A DNA stretch of 64,000 bases from an uncultured Bacteroidota bacterium (GTDB taxonomy: Bacteria > Bacteroidota > Ignavibacteria > UBA10030 > UBA6906). Below, piece by piece: positions 38,595 through 48,700 of this stretch. Position 1 is the stretch's first letter. Every line of letters begins with the position of its first letter. Location of the stretch: NCBI GenBank assembly GCA_963700635.1, contig CAVOYH010000005.1:160001-224000 (forward strand). The letters run 5' to 3'. The notes beneath the pieces are model-generated. The model was not told the DNA's origin, did not search any database, and worked only from the letters and a program-made list of their open reading frames with translations. The position numbers were made by a program, and so were the translations under genes.

Positions 38595-39741
38595 TCAATT
38601 AATCGTGATTTGACGGGTGGTATCGGCGCGGGCGCCGGCGCGGTCCACCGCGGAAAAACGGAAGTTCTGTACGCCGGGTGTATTCGATGAGGAGATGGTA
38701 AGAAGCAACGAATACGTCCCGTCCGACTGCCACGGAATCTCCATGGACAATCCGGTCCCCATCATCATACATCAGAAACCGGGTCGGTGTGGCAGCGTTC
38801 AGATTGACAAAATATACTGAATCAATGTCTGAACGGCCGTTTGGGTCGTCCACGGTAACGAAGAACGAAACCGGGATTGTGCCGCTGGCCGGGCGCTGAA
38901 TCACCGAGGGGAGATTCAGCGAGACAAACCGCGGGGGCTGGTTGTTTGCCGAGCGGCGCAGAATATTACTTTCCGATCCCGCGTTGTCCTTGCCGCGATA
39001 TTCGAACACTACCTCCGGAAGCGTGGTCGTCGGGAAAACCCACGCATACACTGAAAAGATTCCGTCTCCTGCCACGGCGTCGCCGTTACTCCGCTTGCCG
39101 TCGTCGTACATCGTCCGGGCGGTCGAGTCTCTGCTGGAGAGCACACGGACGGTAACCTGGGTGATATCGTTCAGGCCGCTGGCGTCGGTCGCAGAGACGC
39201 TCAGCAAGAACAGGGAAGAGTCTGCTCCGGAGGTCGCAACCTGGCGTGCTCCTGCAAGACTCAGGATCGGCGGGGCATCCGTGAGACGAACGGTGACCGT
39301 CGTGTACGCAATACTGCTCCTGAGCTCTGATCCGTCCACGGCAAACATCTCCAGCTTGTAGGAACCCAGAGCGGTACGGGCAACTTCTATGGTTGCCACG
39401 GATGTGAATTCCCGCGTTCCCGATCCGGGTACGATTGCTGATGGCGTGAGTGTTCCCTGTGCGATGGGAGCGGTTCCGGAGGGTGCATAGACCGTCCACC
39501 GCACCTGCCGTACATCCTCTACCCCCTGGGGATCGGAGACCGTCGCACTCAGTGTGGTCGAGAGACGGTACATACCCGCAACGGGCTGCTGATTGTCAAG
39601 ATTGAAGAAGGACGGGGCAACGGCCGTCGCACGCAGGACAGGGGCGGACCCGCCGGGATCAATAATCGCTGAAGGGTTGTCTTCGCAGCCGGGAAGGGCT
39701 ACAAGCGTGAGGAGGAGCAAAAGGATTCGCACGTGCGTCAT
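38595..39741 (-). CDS. Lipoprotein with two 'YDDG..GD..AGDG' Ig-like (choice-of-anchor X-like) repeats; apparent +1 insertion at about 38727 near the C-terminus
   Basis: Lipobox 'LPGC'; 'MYDDGKRSNGDAVAGDGIFS'. The second copy 'MYDDGDRIVHGDSVA-SDGTYS...ITIN*' is restored by deleting one base, with stop at 38595. Confidence 0.7.
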
Positions 39742-39844
39742 AGAGCGCTGGTGTATTGTGTCTGGTAAACGACTGCCTCTTTGAGTACCAACGCCGTGTG
39801 CGGGTGTTCCTTTTTTGTGCGTGGTGTGTGATCAGAGTGCACAT

Positions 39845-39873
39845 ATACTAACAAAAAGGGTGTAGAAAGTCAA
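39845..39873 (-). promoter_or_regulatory. Probable sigma70 promoter of the lipoprotein-propeller-PorV-PorV operon
   Basis: Minus strand TTGACT, 17 bp spacer, TAGTAT. Confidence 0.55.
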
Positions 39874-39972
39874 GCCGTGCATAAACACCCGGACACTTGC
39901 TTTCGGAATTGAACATTCGTTTCTTACAACTTATTAGAGTTTTTTCAGACTGTACTGCCGGGGACTTCTCCT

Positions 39973-42900
39973 ATGCGAGTGGATGGGGTGGTTGTGCGAG
40001 TTGTTGCATCCGCGATGCTCCTGATGATCGCGGAAGGGCATGCGGGGTCGCGCAAGGACCGGCCGGTACGACCGACTGAGCCCGCAGGAGAGGTGATTCC
40101 GGGCGTTGTTATCGTAGCGGTGCGGGACGGCGCGGCGCTGTCGGACCTTTCGCTTCCGGGCGAAGGCACGCCTCTCGGGCGCGCCCTGCGGGCTCGCAGC
40201 GTTACGAAAACCCGCCGACTGTTCCCTCCCGCTACCTCCGGAATTTCTTCTGCACCGTACGCAAAATCCGCGGGGCCCTCTGAAGCCCAGGCACGTGTCG
40301 GCCGCATACTGGAGTGTTCCGTTCCGCTTGACGCCGATCCGGTGAGAATTGCTGAACTCCTTTCACGTGATCCCTCCGTTGAGTATGCAGAACCAAAATA
40401 TATGCACACGCTGTACGACGCGCCGGATGACCCTCTCTTTGGCAGTCAGTTCGCGTTTACACCACTGAACGCGGTAGCGGGATGGTCCCTTGGAAAAGGT
40501 GATCGGTCGCTGCTCATCGCCAACGTCGATGGCGGGACGGACTGGCGGCATCCGGATCTCCTTCCAAACGTCCGAATTAATACGCTCGAAGATCTGAACC
40601 GGGATGGTGTTTTCGACGCCTCAGATTTGAACGGGGTTGATGAAGACGGGAACGGATTTGTGGATGATGTTGTCGGGTGGAATTTCACAAACAAAAGTCC
40701 CGACCCGAGCGGCCTGGCTGCGACGCCCCTTAGTTATGCGCACGGGACTGCCACAGCCAGCCATTTCGGCGCCGTTACGAACAATGGCATCGGCATCGCG
40801 GGGTCAGGCTGGAATAACGCGCTTCTGCCTGTGTGTGTCGCGTCCTCCACAACCGATAATGGGATCGCCTTTGGATATGAGGGCATCGCCTACGCGGCGG
40901 CACGGGGCGCAAAGGTGATCAACTGCAGCTGGGGGCGGATCGGCGGATTCTCGCAGTTTGAACAGGACGTGATTACGGCAGCGACTGATGCAGGCGCGCT
41001 GGTCATTGCCGCTGCGGGAAACAATAATAGTAATAGCGACGCGGTTCCGCACTACCCGTCCAACTACCGAGGAGTCCTCGCAGTCGGGGCGACGGAGTCC
41101 ACTTCGGATACCAAGGCCTCGTTCAGCAACTACGGCGTGACCGTGCCGGTCTATGCCCCGGGTGTGAATATCCTCAGCGCGTTTGTGGGGGGCGGATATG
41201 GCAGCGGAGGAAGCGGCACATCCTATTCGAGTCCGCTTGTCGCCGGACTCGCCGGCATTCTCCGGGTTGCCTACCCGGGCTGGACGCCGGCTCAGATCGC
41301 AGCGCAAATCCGCATGACCGCCGATCCGATTGACTTTAATAATCCGGTCTTTGCAGGGCTTCTTGGCAAGGGACGTGTGAATTTTGCACGGGCCCTCACC
41401 GAAGCGCACGTCGGCCTTGATGTTATCGCTTCCGATGTGCGCACGTCTACCGGGCGGCGCCTCTTTCTGCCGGGTGATACCATCCTCGTCACCCTGACGC
41501 TCAAAAATTCGCTCTTCCTGGATGCTGCGAATGTTTCATTCAACGCGGCATCATCCGCTCCCTCAATGGTCCAGTTGGTCGAAGTCCCGGCCAATGTTGG
41601 CCTGCTGGCCGCGGGGCAAACCCTCCAGCTTCCCCCATTCCGGTTCCGTGTCGGGAATGTGCCATCCACTTCCTCTTCGGTGGTGCGGTTACGGTGGACG
41701 GTGAACGGCACTGATGCCGATGGAACGGCGCTCAACGTCTGGGTCTTCCCGGTGCTTCCTCAATGGGTCATGCAGCTTGATGGAGCGGAGGCCGGTCTGT
41801 TCAGTGTCTTTGCAGTCAACCGGTCGGTTGTCTGGGCCGCCGGGGGCAACCCTGCCGGTGCTCAACCTATAGTTGTTCGTACGACCGATGCCGGGGAGAC
41901 CTGGACCGATCAAACCGGATCCCTCACCAGCGGCGAATTCTATTGTGTGAACGCCCTGGATGCAAACAGGGCCTGGGTGGGAACAGGTGATGGAAGGATC
42001 ATCGCGACAACGGATGGTGGAACCACCTGGAATGTTCAGGCATACCCCGACCGGCAGAGCCCCTTCATCAACGGCATCCGTATGTTCTCCGATGGCACAG
42101 GATATGCCCAGGGTGATCCTCCCGGCGATGCAAAATTTGTAGTCCTGAAAACGACGAACTTCGGTTCTACCTGGAGCCACCTGGCCAACGAACCTCAGGG
42201 CACAAGCGGGGAAGCCGGATGGAACAACTCTTTCTGGTGGACCGATCAGATGAACGGCTGGTTCGGGACGAATCACAACAAAGTCTGGCGAACAACCGAT
42301 GGAGGAGGGACGTGGGCATCCGCCGCGACTGGCGGCACCAACAGTTACGGCGTCGCATTCCGGGATGCCTCGACAGGATACGCCGTGCATGATAACGGAT
42401 ACGTTGCCCGCACTACCAACGGCGGACAATCCTGGAGCGGTCTGACCTCGCCGACATCGGAGATGGTCTCGTCGGTAACAGTCGCACCGGCCACTTCGTC
42501 GGCCTGGATAACCACAGCATACTCTTCCTTCCGCACCCGGAACGATGGTGCGGGATGGACATCGGAAACACTTTTTCCCGTCTTGGGATCGCTGAACCAT
42601 CTCTCATTCGCCGATACTGCATCAGGGTGGGTCGTGACATCCAATGGTGAAATCCTGAGATACAGCGCCGGCGTGGTGACGTCGGCCGGCGAAATATCCG
42701 CCCCGACGATTCCTCTTTCCGTTGCGCTGGATCACAACTATCCGAACCCTTTTAACGGAAGTTCCATAATAGGGTACAGGATACAGGGAACAGGGCTGCA
42801 CGCGGTACGGGTAATGGTGTATGATCTTCTGGGTCGTGAGGTCGCCCTTCTGGCGCAGGGTACCCATGCCGCAGGCGCCTATACGGTGGTATTTGACGCG

Positions 42901-43002
42901 CGGGACCGCGCGAGCGGAGTCTACGTGTGCGTTCTGGAAGTGCGACCGGCCGACGGAGCAGCACCCATCCGAATCTCACAACAAATGGTACTCATCCGAT
43001 AA
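39973..43002 (+). CDS. S8 subtilisin-like serine protease with YCF48/BNR propeller and T9SS C-terminal domain
   Basis: Triad 'VDGG', 'HGTAT', 'GTSYSSP'; oxyanion 'AAGN'; 'TTDGGxTW' repeats; 'NYPNPFN'. Confidence 0.92.
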   Translation: MRVDGVVVRVVASAMLLMIAEGHAGSRKDRPVRPTEPAGEVIPGVVIVAVRDGAALSDLSLPGEGTPLGRALRARSVTKTRRLFPPATSGISSAPYAKSAGPSEAQARVGRILECSVPLDADPVRIAELLSRDPSVEYAEPKYMHTLYDAPDDPLFGSQFAFTPLNAVAGWSLGKGDRSLLIANVDGGTDWRHPDLLPNVRINTLEDLNRDGVFDASDLNGVDEDGNGFVDDVVGWNFTNKSPDPSGLAATPLSYAHGTATASHFGAVTNNGIGIAGSGWNNALLPVCVASSTTDNGIAFGYEGIAYAAARGAKVINCSWGRIGGFSQFEQDVITAATDAGALVIAAAGNNNSNSDAVPHYPSNYRGVLAVGATESTSDTKASFSNYGVTVPVYAPGVNILSAFVGGGYGSGGSGTSYSSPLVAGLAGILRVAYPGWTPAQIAAQIRMTADPIDFNNPVFAGLLGKGRVNFARALTEAHVGLDVIASDVRTSTGRRLFLPGDTILVTLTLKNSLFLDAANVSFNAASSAPSMVQLVEVPANVGLLAAGQTLQLPPFRFRVGNVPSTSSSVVRLRWTVNGTDADGTALNVWVFPVLPQWVMQLDGAEAGLFSVFAVNRSVVWAAGGNPAGAQPIVVRTTDAGETWTDQTGSLTSGEFYCVNALDANRAWVGTGDGRIIATTDGGTTWNVQAYPDRQSPFINGIRMFSDGTGYAQGDPPGDAKFVVLKTTNFGSTWSHLANEPQGTSGEAGWNNSFWWTDQMNGWFGTNHNKVWRTTDGGGTWASAATGGTNSYGVAFRDASTGYAVHDNGYVARTTNGGQSWSGLTSPTSEMVSSVTVAPATSSAWITTAYSSFRTRNDGAGWTSETLFPVLGSLNHLSFADTASGWVVTSNGEILRYSAGVVTSAGEISAPTIPLSVALDHNYPNPFNGSSIIGYRIQGTGLHAVRVMVYDLLGREVALLAQGTHAAGAYTVVFDARDRASGVYVCVLEVRPADGAAPIRISQQMVLIR

Positions 43003-43004
43003 GC

Positions 43005-43676
43005 ATGAAGACATTTCTGCTGGTGTGTGGTATAACCCTCCTGCATTGTTCCGGGTCTGCGCAATTTGAGGGGATCATCCAGAGCCGGAATCTGAGTATG
43101 GACGATGACGGAGTCACCCAGGAATACTCGATGACAATCTGGGTGAAGAAGGCATTCGTGCGGGTTTCCATCCCGCAGATCGGCGTGACGCCCGGGTCAA
43201 CAGTGATCTACCGGACTGACAGCAATGTTTCCTGGATGTTGAATGACCAGGATCGCACGTTTTTTGAAGTCTCTGTTCCGCTGCGCCACGATCCGCGGGA
43301 AGATGTTCGTCCGGATCCGAGCGGGATGGAGAAACCGAAAATTGACCGGACAAAAAAGACCCGCAAGATTCTCGGATATCTCTGCGAGCAGGTGATGATC
43401 CGTAGGGGTGACACGGAAACGGAAATCTGGGGAACGAAAGGGCTGGACGATCTGACCCGCGTGCTCAACGAATCGCTGGAACCGGCTGAAGGGAGCTCGG
43501 TTGAAGGTGATATGATCGCACGAATGGGACTCTTCCCGTTACTGTCCATCACCCGCTACGAGGGGCGCATCCTGGAATCCCAGGAAGTGACAAAGATAGA
43601 GCGGAAGATGTTGGCGGGTGAGCTTTTTAAGATTCCCGAAGGATATAAGAAGCAGAAAGCGTTAGACATGGAATAA
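43005..43676 (+). CDS. DUF4412-like secreted protein
   Basis: Signal peptide then 'FEGII'; 'TRKILGYLCEQ', 'GLFPL', 'FKIPEGYKK'. Confidence 0.7.
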   Translation: MKTFLLVCGITLLHCSGSAQFEGIIQSRNLSMDDDGVTQEYSMTIWVKKAFVRVSIPQIGVTPGSTVIYRTDSNVSWMLNDQDRTFFEVSVPLRHDPREDVRPDPSGMEKPKIDRTKKTRKILGYLCEQVMIRRGDTETEIWGTKGLDDLTRVLNESLEPAEGSSVEGDMIARMGLFPLLSITRYEGRILESQEVTKIERKMLAGELFKIPEGYKKQKALDME

Positions 43677-43728
43677 TCCCCCCCCCGGCGGCCGCTCCGG
43701 CTGCCTCTATAAAGAAGGAACACGATCT

Positions 43729-45795
43729 ATGAGCCAACAGCCCGTGCACACACCCATAGTTCCTGCCTCTTCCACGATGAAGGAATTCAGCTTTCGCTCG
43801 GTCGCCCTCGGCGTATTCCTGGCGATGCTGATGGGAGCGGCGAATGCGTACCTCGGACTAAAGGCGGGCATGACCATTGCCGCCACATATACAACTGCTG
43901 TGGTGGGGATGGCGGTGTTGAAGGTCCTCAAAGGGACACTGCTGGAAGAAAATACCACGCGAACGGTCGGTTCCATCGGGGGGAATGTCGCCACGGGTGC
44001 GATTTTCACACTCCCCGCGTTTTTTATCGCCTCGGTCTGGACTCCTTTCTTCTCGGCTGAAAACTACATGATTTCGACCATCATCCTCGTGGTGGCCGGA
44101 ATTCTCGGGATCATGTTCGTCACGATTCTCCGCCGTGTGCTTGTTGAAGACCGTGAGCTGCCGTTTCCGGAATCCATTGCGGCTGCGGAAATTCACAAAT
44201 CCGGACAGGCGGGGATTCAGAATTCACGCCATCTCTTCACGGGTATGGGTATTGGCGCGCTGTTCAGCGCAATGGTGGAATTCAAAATACTTGCGGCGGG
44301 ATGGCAGTACATATTACGTCTCACGAAAGGGACGCTTCTTTTCCGCGCGCCTGGTATGAACCCGGCGTACTTCGGAGTGGGATATATCATCGGCCCGCGG
44401 CTCGGGGCTATTAACTTCAGCGGCGGGGTTCTGGCCTGGGGACTGCTGACACCCGTGATTGCCTACTTTATGCACCGCGAAAATCCAGCGGCAGTGACCG
44501 ATTGGGCAGCAGAGCTGACCACGGTGTGGAAGGGTTCGGTCCGGTACATCGCCATCGGCGGAATGTTGACGGGCGCATTCTATACGCTTTATAAGATGCG
44601 CGGCAGTCTGATCAACGGCATCACCCGGTCCGTTTCATATCTGAGCAAATCCGCAGCAGGAGGCGCTGACGTTCTGCGGACGGACAAGGATATCACATTA
44701 CGATGGTCGCTGCCGGCTTTTGGTGTGATCCTGGTCATCATGTTCTTCATCTTCCAGTATTTCGCGGGTGACGCCCTGCCTGCGGGTGTCGCTTCGGGCG
44801 TCATGCTCGTCCTGGGATTCGTTTTCGCGGCGGTCTCGGGTTACCTTGTCGGAATCATCGGTGTCAGCAACAATCCGACGAGCGGCCTCACCGTTTCGGT
44901 GCTCATTATTGTTGCATTTCTGATGCTGGCCCTGGGGATGAGCGGAGAACCGGCGGTGGCGGCCGTGCTGGGAGTGGCGGCGTTCACGTGCACAAGCGTT
45001 TCGGTTGCGGGAGAGATGATGCAGGATCTTAAAGCCGGTCATATTCTTGGCTGTACACCCTGGAAAATGCAGCTGGGCGATATGCTGGGTGTCGTGGCGT
45101 CGGCTGTGGTGATGTTTCTGATTCTTTCGCTGCTTCATATCGGAGACTTAAAACGCGCGGTGGGGGATGAGTTTGACCGGTTGGAACAGAGCGGAACTAC
45201 CTCCGTCACCTACAAGGGGAAAGTTGTGGACCTCCAGGGAACAACATATACTCTGGACCAGGTGCGCCAGCTTTCACCGGAAGAACAGAATGACGTTCTT
45301 GGCACGCAGGCCGGATTCGGCGGCGAGAGACTTCCTGCCCCGCAGGCAAGTCTGATGGCAGTGGTGACACGCGGGATCGTGGAGGCTCAGGCCGAGCTGA
45401 TCCTTATCCTCGTCGGCGTCTTTTTCGGCCTCGCACTCATCCTGATGCAGGTAAAAAGCCCGATGCTCATCAGCGTGGGGATGTACCTTCCCATCGACAC
45501 GACCTTTGCAATATTCGTGGGTGGAGTGATGAAAGGTATGCTGGACAAGATCCTGGCGAAACGTAAGGTTGAGGGTGCGGCAAAGGAAAAAATTGATAAT
45601 ATCGGCGTGCTGCTTGCTTCAGGAATGATCGCCGGCGAAGCGCTGCTGGGGTTACTGTTTGCCGGACTTGCCTTTGGCGACATCAAACTTCCACATGTGT
45701 TTGATAATCCAACGTATCTCCTCAGTCTTGCTGCGATCGCGGTGATTGCGCTCGTTCTGGTGCGCGTGCCCTGGTCGGAGTTAAAGAAAGGGTAA
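43729..45795 (+). CDS. OPT family oligopeptide transporter
   Basis: 'AYLGLKAG', 'LPFPE', 'GVGYIIG', 'SNNPTSG', 'QDLKAGH', 'PAPQA', 'GMIAGE'. Confidence 0.93.
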   Translation: MSQQPVHTPIVPASSTMKEFSFRSVALGVFLAMLMGAANAYLGLKAGMTIAATYTTAVVGMAVLKVLKGTLLEENTTRTVGSIGGNVATGAIFTLPAFFIASVWTPFFSAENYMISTIILVVAGILGIMFVTILRRVLVEDRELPFPESIAAAEIHKSGQAGIQNSRHLFTGMGIGALFSAMVEFKILAAGWQYILRLTKGTLLFRAPGMNPAYFGVGYIIGPRLGAINFSGGVLAWGLLTPVIAYFMHRENPAAVTDWAAELTTVWKGSVRYIAIGGMLTGAFYTLYKMRGSLINGITRSVSYLSKSAAGGADVLRTDKDITLRWSLPAFGVILVIMFFIFQYFAGDALPAGVASGVMLVLGFVFAAVSGYLVGIIGVSNNPTSGLTVSVLIIVAFLMLALGMSGEPAVAAVLGVAAFTCTSVSVAGEMMQDLKAGHILGCTPWKMQLGDMLGVVASAVVMFLILSLLHIGDLKRAVGDEFDRLEQSGTTSVTYKGKVVDLQGTTYTLDQVRQLSPEEQNDVLGTQAGFGGERLPAPQASLMAVVTRGIVEAQAELILILVGVFFGLALILMQVKSPMLISVGMYLPIDTTFAIFVGGVMKGMLDKILAKRKVEGAAKEKIDNIGVLLASGMIAGEALLGLLFAGLAFGDIKLPHVFDNPTYLLSLAAIAVIALVLVRVPWSELKKG

Positions 45796-45799
45796 GACG

Positions 45800-48700
45800 A
45801 TGCGTGCGGTCCATGTTGTCGTTGTATTATGCGGTCTTTCGCTCCGGCTGGATGCCCACGAGCCTGCAATGCCAGAAACGGACAGGATGTCCGCCTCCGG
45901 CCTTGTTCCCTCAGTGCTGCCCCTGCCGGAGCGCACGGCTGAAATGCGGACGGCATGGATCAGGCATTTTGGAAACCGTATGGTTCCTTCTGACGCCCGG
46001 GTGCAGTGCGCGACTGCGCAGCAGGATGGGGGTGTTATTGTCTCAGGACAATTCGGGGGCCAGCCCCTGACCGTGCGGTTTGGTCCGGATGGCGGGGTGG
46101 TCTGGGCGGATGTGTATCTCGATCCGGATGAACGTACAGTTGTGCCTGCTGCTGTGTACGCAGATTCACTCGGCAATGCGTACGTCGTCTTGAGGGCGTA
46201 TGCGAAATCGGATGGAGCGCCCTGGACGGTTGTTGTGAAGTACGGCCCATCCGGTGAGCGAAAGTGGGTCACGCCGCACCCCGGTATGCACAAGGCAAGT
46301 GCTCTGGATAAGGCCGGGAACGTATTTCTCGGCCTGATATGGAGTGAATCAACAGTTCCCAACCGCTTTGGAACCGCCGATTATGTTATCGTGGGCGTTT
46401 CACCCCTGGGGGATATTCGCTGGCGCCGGACCTATGACGGACCATGGGGGGGCGCAGATAACATCAGCGCCCTGCAACTGGATGGGCACGGAAATATCTA
46501 CGTGACGGGGCTGGCTCTCAGGCATCCATGGACATCCGGCATTGCCACGATGATGTTCGACAAAACCGGGTCGATGCAGTGGATGCAACTCCATTCTCCC
46601 TCCGACGAAGTCTCCCCTGCAAGCCCTCTCATGGGGGTCGACCCCTCCGGCGGCACGTTTGTGACGGCGTACGAAAACGGCAAACAGGAGTTCGACCTGG
46701 TCCGGTACAATGTGACCGGGGCTGTGCAGTGGGTGACCAGATACACCGGCATCCCGAAGGCGCTCCTCTCTGATCCATCCGGTGATCTTTATCTCGTGAC
46801 CACGTCGGATATCTCGCGGATTGATGGTTCAGGAGTCGTCCGGTGGACTCAGCCCAGAGAAGGCGCAACGGCGTTTACTATTGCGGGGGGATTGTTCTTT
46901 GCCGGGAGTTCGGCGGCAGGCCGGGTGACCACGGCCGCGTTTAATATCGCGGGCACGAAAAAATGGTCGACACAATCAACCCCCGCTCCTGAAACCGGCG
47001 ACGAGCTGATAACGATGATATCTGACGGCACGGGAAAAATTACGGCCGTCGGGACAAGATTACGCACCGGCGGGGGGGCGGATTTTGTCGGGCACATCTG
47101 CGACACGCTCGGCACACCCGTCAGAACTTTGCACTATGCCGCTCCCGCTTCGTCATACAATATCAGTGTGGCGTCCTGTGTTGACCGGGACGGCAACACC
47201 TACGTTGTAGGAACACAATCGTACCCTCCGGGCGATCGTCCTCATGTGATTGTCAAGTTTAGTCCGTCGGGAGACACCCTGTTTACACGTCAGGTGCCGG
47301 CTATGGCCGCGAACAATGTGCGGCCTGTTGGAATGACGGTGGACGGGCTGGGCAAAATTCGGGTAGCCGGGTTCGATCAGGCCGGGACTCCTGTGTTGCT
47401 TTGTTTTTCGGATCTCGGCGTCCTGGAATGGGCTGCTTCATCGTCACAGCCACTGTATTCTTACGATGTGCAAATGAAGTCGGATGCGGGGGGGAAAACG
47501 ATTCTTGTCGGACGCTACTTCTTCAAAGAAGTCGTGATCGTGGCATTCAGTTCCACCGGAAATCAACTGTGGACCCGGAGCCACAGCGGCGCTGAGTATT
47601 CGAATTATTTTGGCGCAGACATGGATTCCGCCGGTAACGTGTATCTCGGGATTACCCACGGAACGGATGACGCAGCGGTGGGCCAACTCCTGAAATATTC
47701 TCCTGACGGGCAGCCTCTCTGGGCGCACACGTCAGCCGGGAGTCTCGTGCCTCTGCAGGGACCGGGCGCTCAGAAATTCCAGGGACTGGCGGTAGATCCG
47801 GCCGGCCGTTGTGTTGTTGCTCTTCAGAACTGGAAAGCATCGGACAGCACAAAGAACATTCTCACGCTCTGTTACTCCCCGGCGGGAGAACTGCGCTGGT
47901 GGGGAAGTGATCTGACCGATCTCACGACCTTTTACAGGACGGCTGTGCTCTTCGGGAAGAATGGCGATGTGCTCCTTTCCGGCCGCGGGACCATCCGTGA
48001 CTACGGGTTATTCAATTTCCTCCTCCGGTATGATGCACAGGGGAACAAGCTCAGCCGTGCCGACATCCCCGGAGACTACACTCCGGAAGCAACTGTCATG
48101 GATGCTCAGGACAGGGTGTGTGCCGTCGGCAGTGTCTATTCTACCTATTCCGGAATGACGCCGGATATATTCACATACAGTTACGGTCCATCCGGGAGTC
48201 TGGCCTGGGTCGAGAAGTTTAATGCTTCGCCGGGCGCCCACGATTATGCGGTTGGAATCGGTATGGGGCGGGACAATACGGTGATTGTCAGCGGCTACAG
48301 CACGATTCCTGTGCAGGATGGTCCCCCCCGTGAGACAGGAACCTTTTTTACTCTCATCGGATACGTCCCGCTTGCGGCACCGGGTTCCCTGGTTGCCAAT
48401 CCGGGCTTTGAATCGGAACTGACCTCGTGGGTCTGCAATACGAACGGTGCGGCGATGCTTGCGGTGATCCCGGCCGGGGAAAAGAGCCCTCTGGCAGCTT
48501 CCCTTGTAATTCAACGGCAGGACTCGAACATCACGCTCTATCAATCCGGCATACCGCTCGAACCGTTCGCCCACTACCGGCTCACATACTCAGCCCGGTG
48601 TAACACCGGCCATGATGTGTCGGTCTCCCTGATCAGACATACGCCGCCGTACAATTCATACGGCCTGGCTGAGAGGGTGTGTGATCTGGGCCGTGAATGG

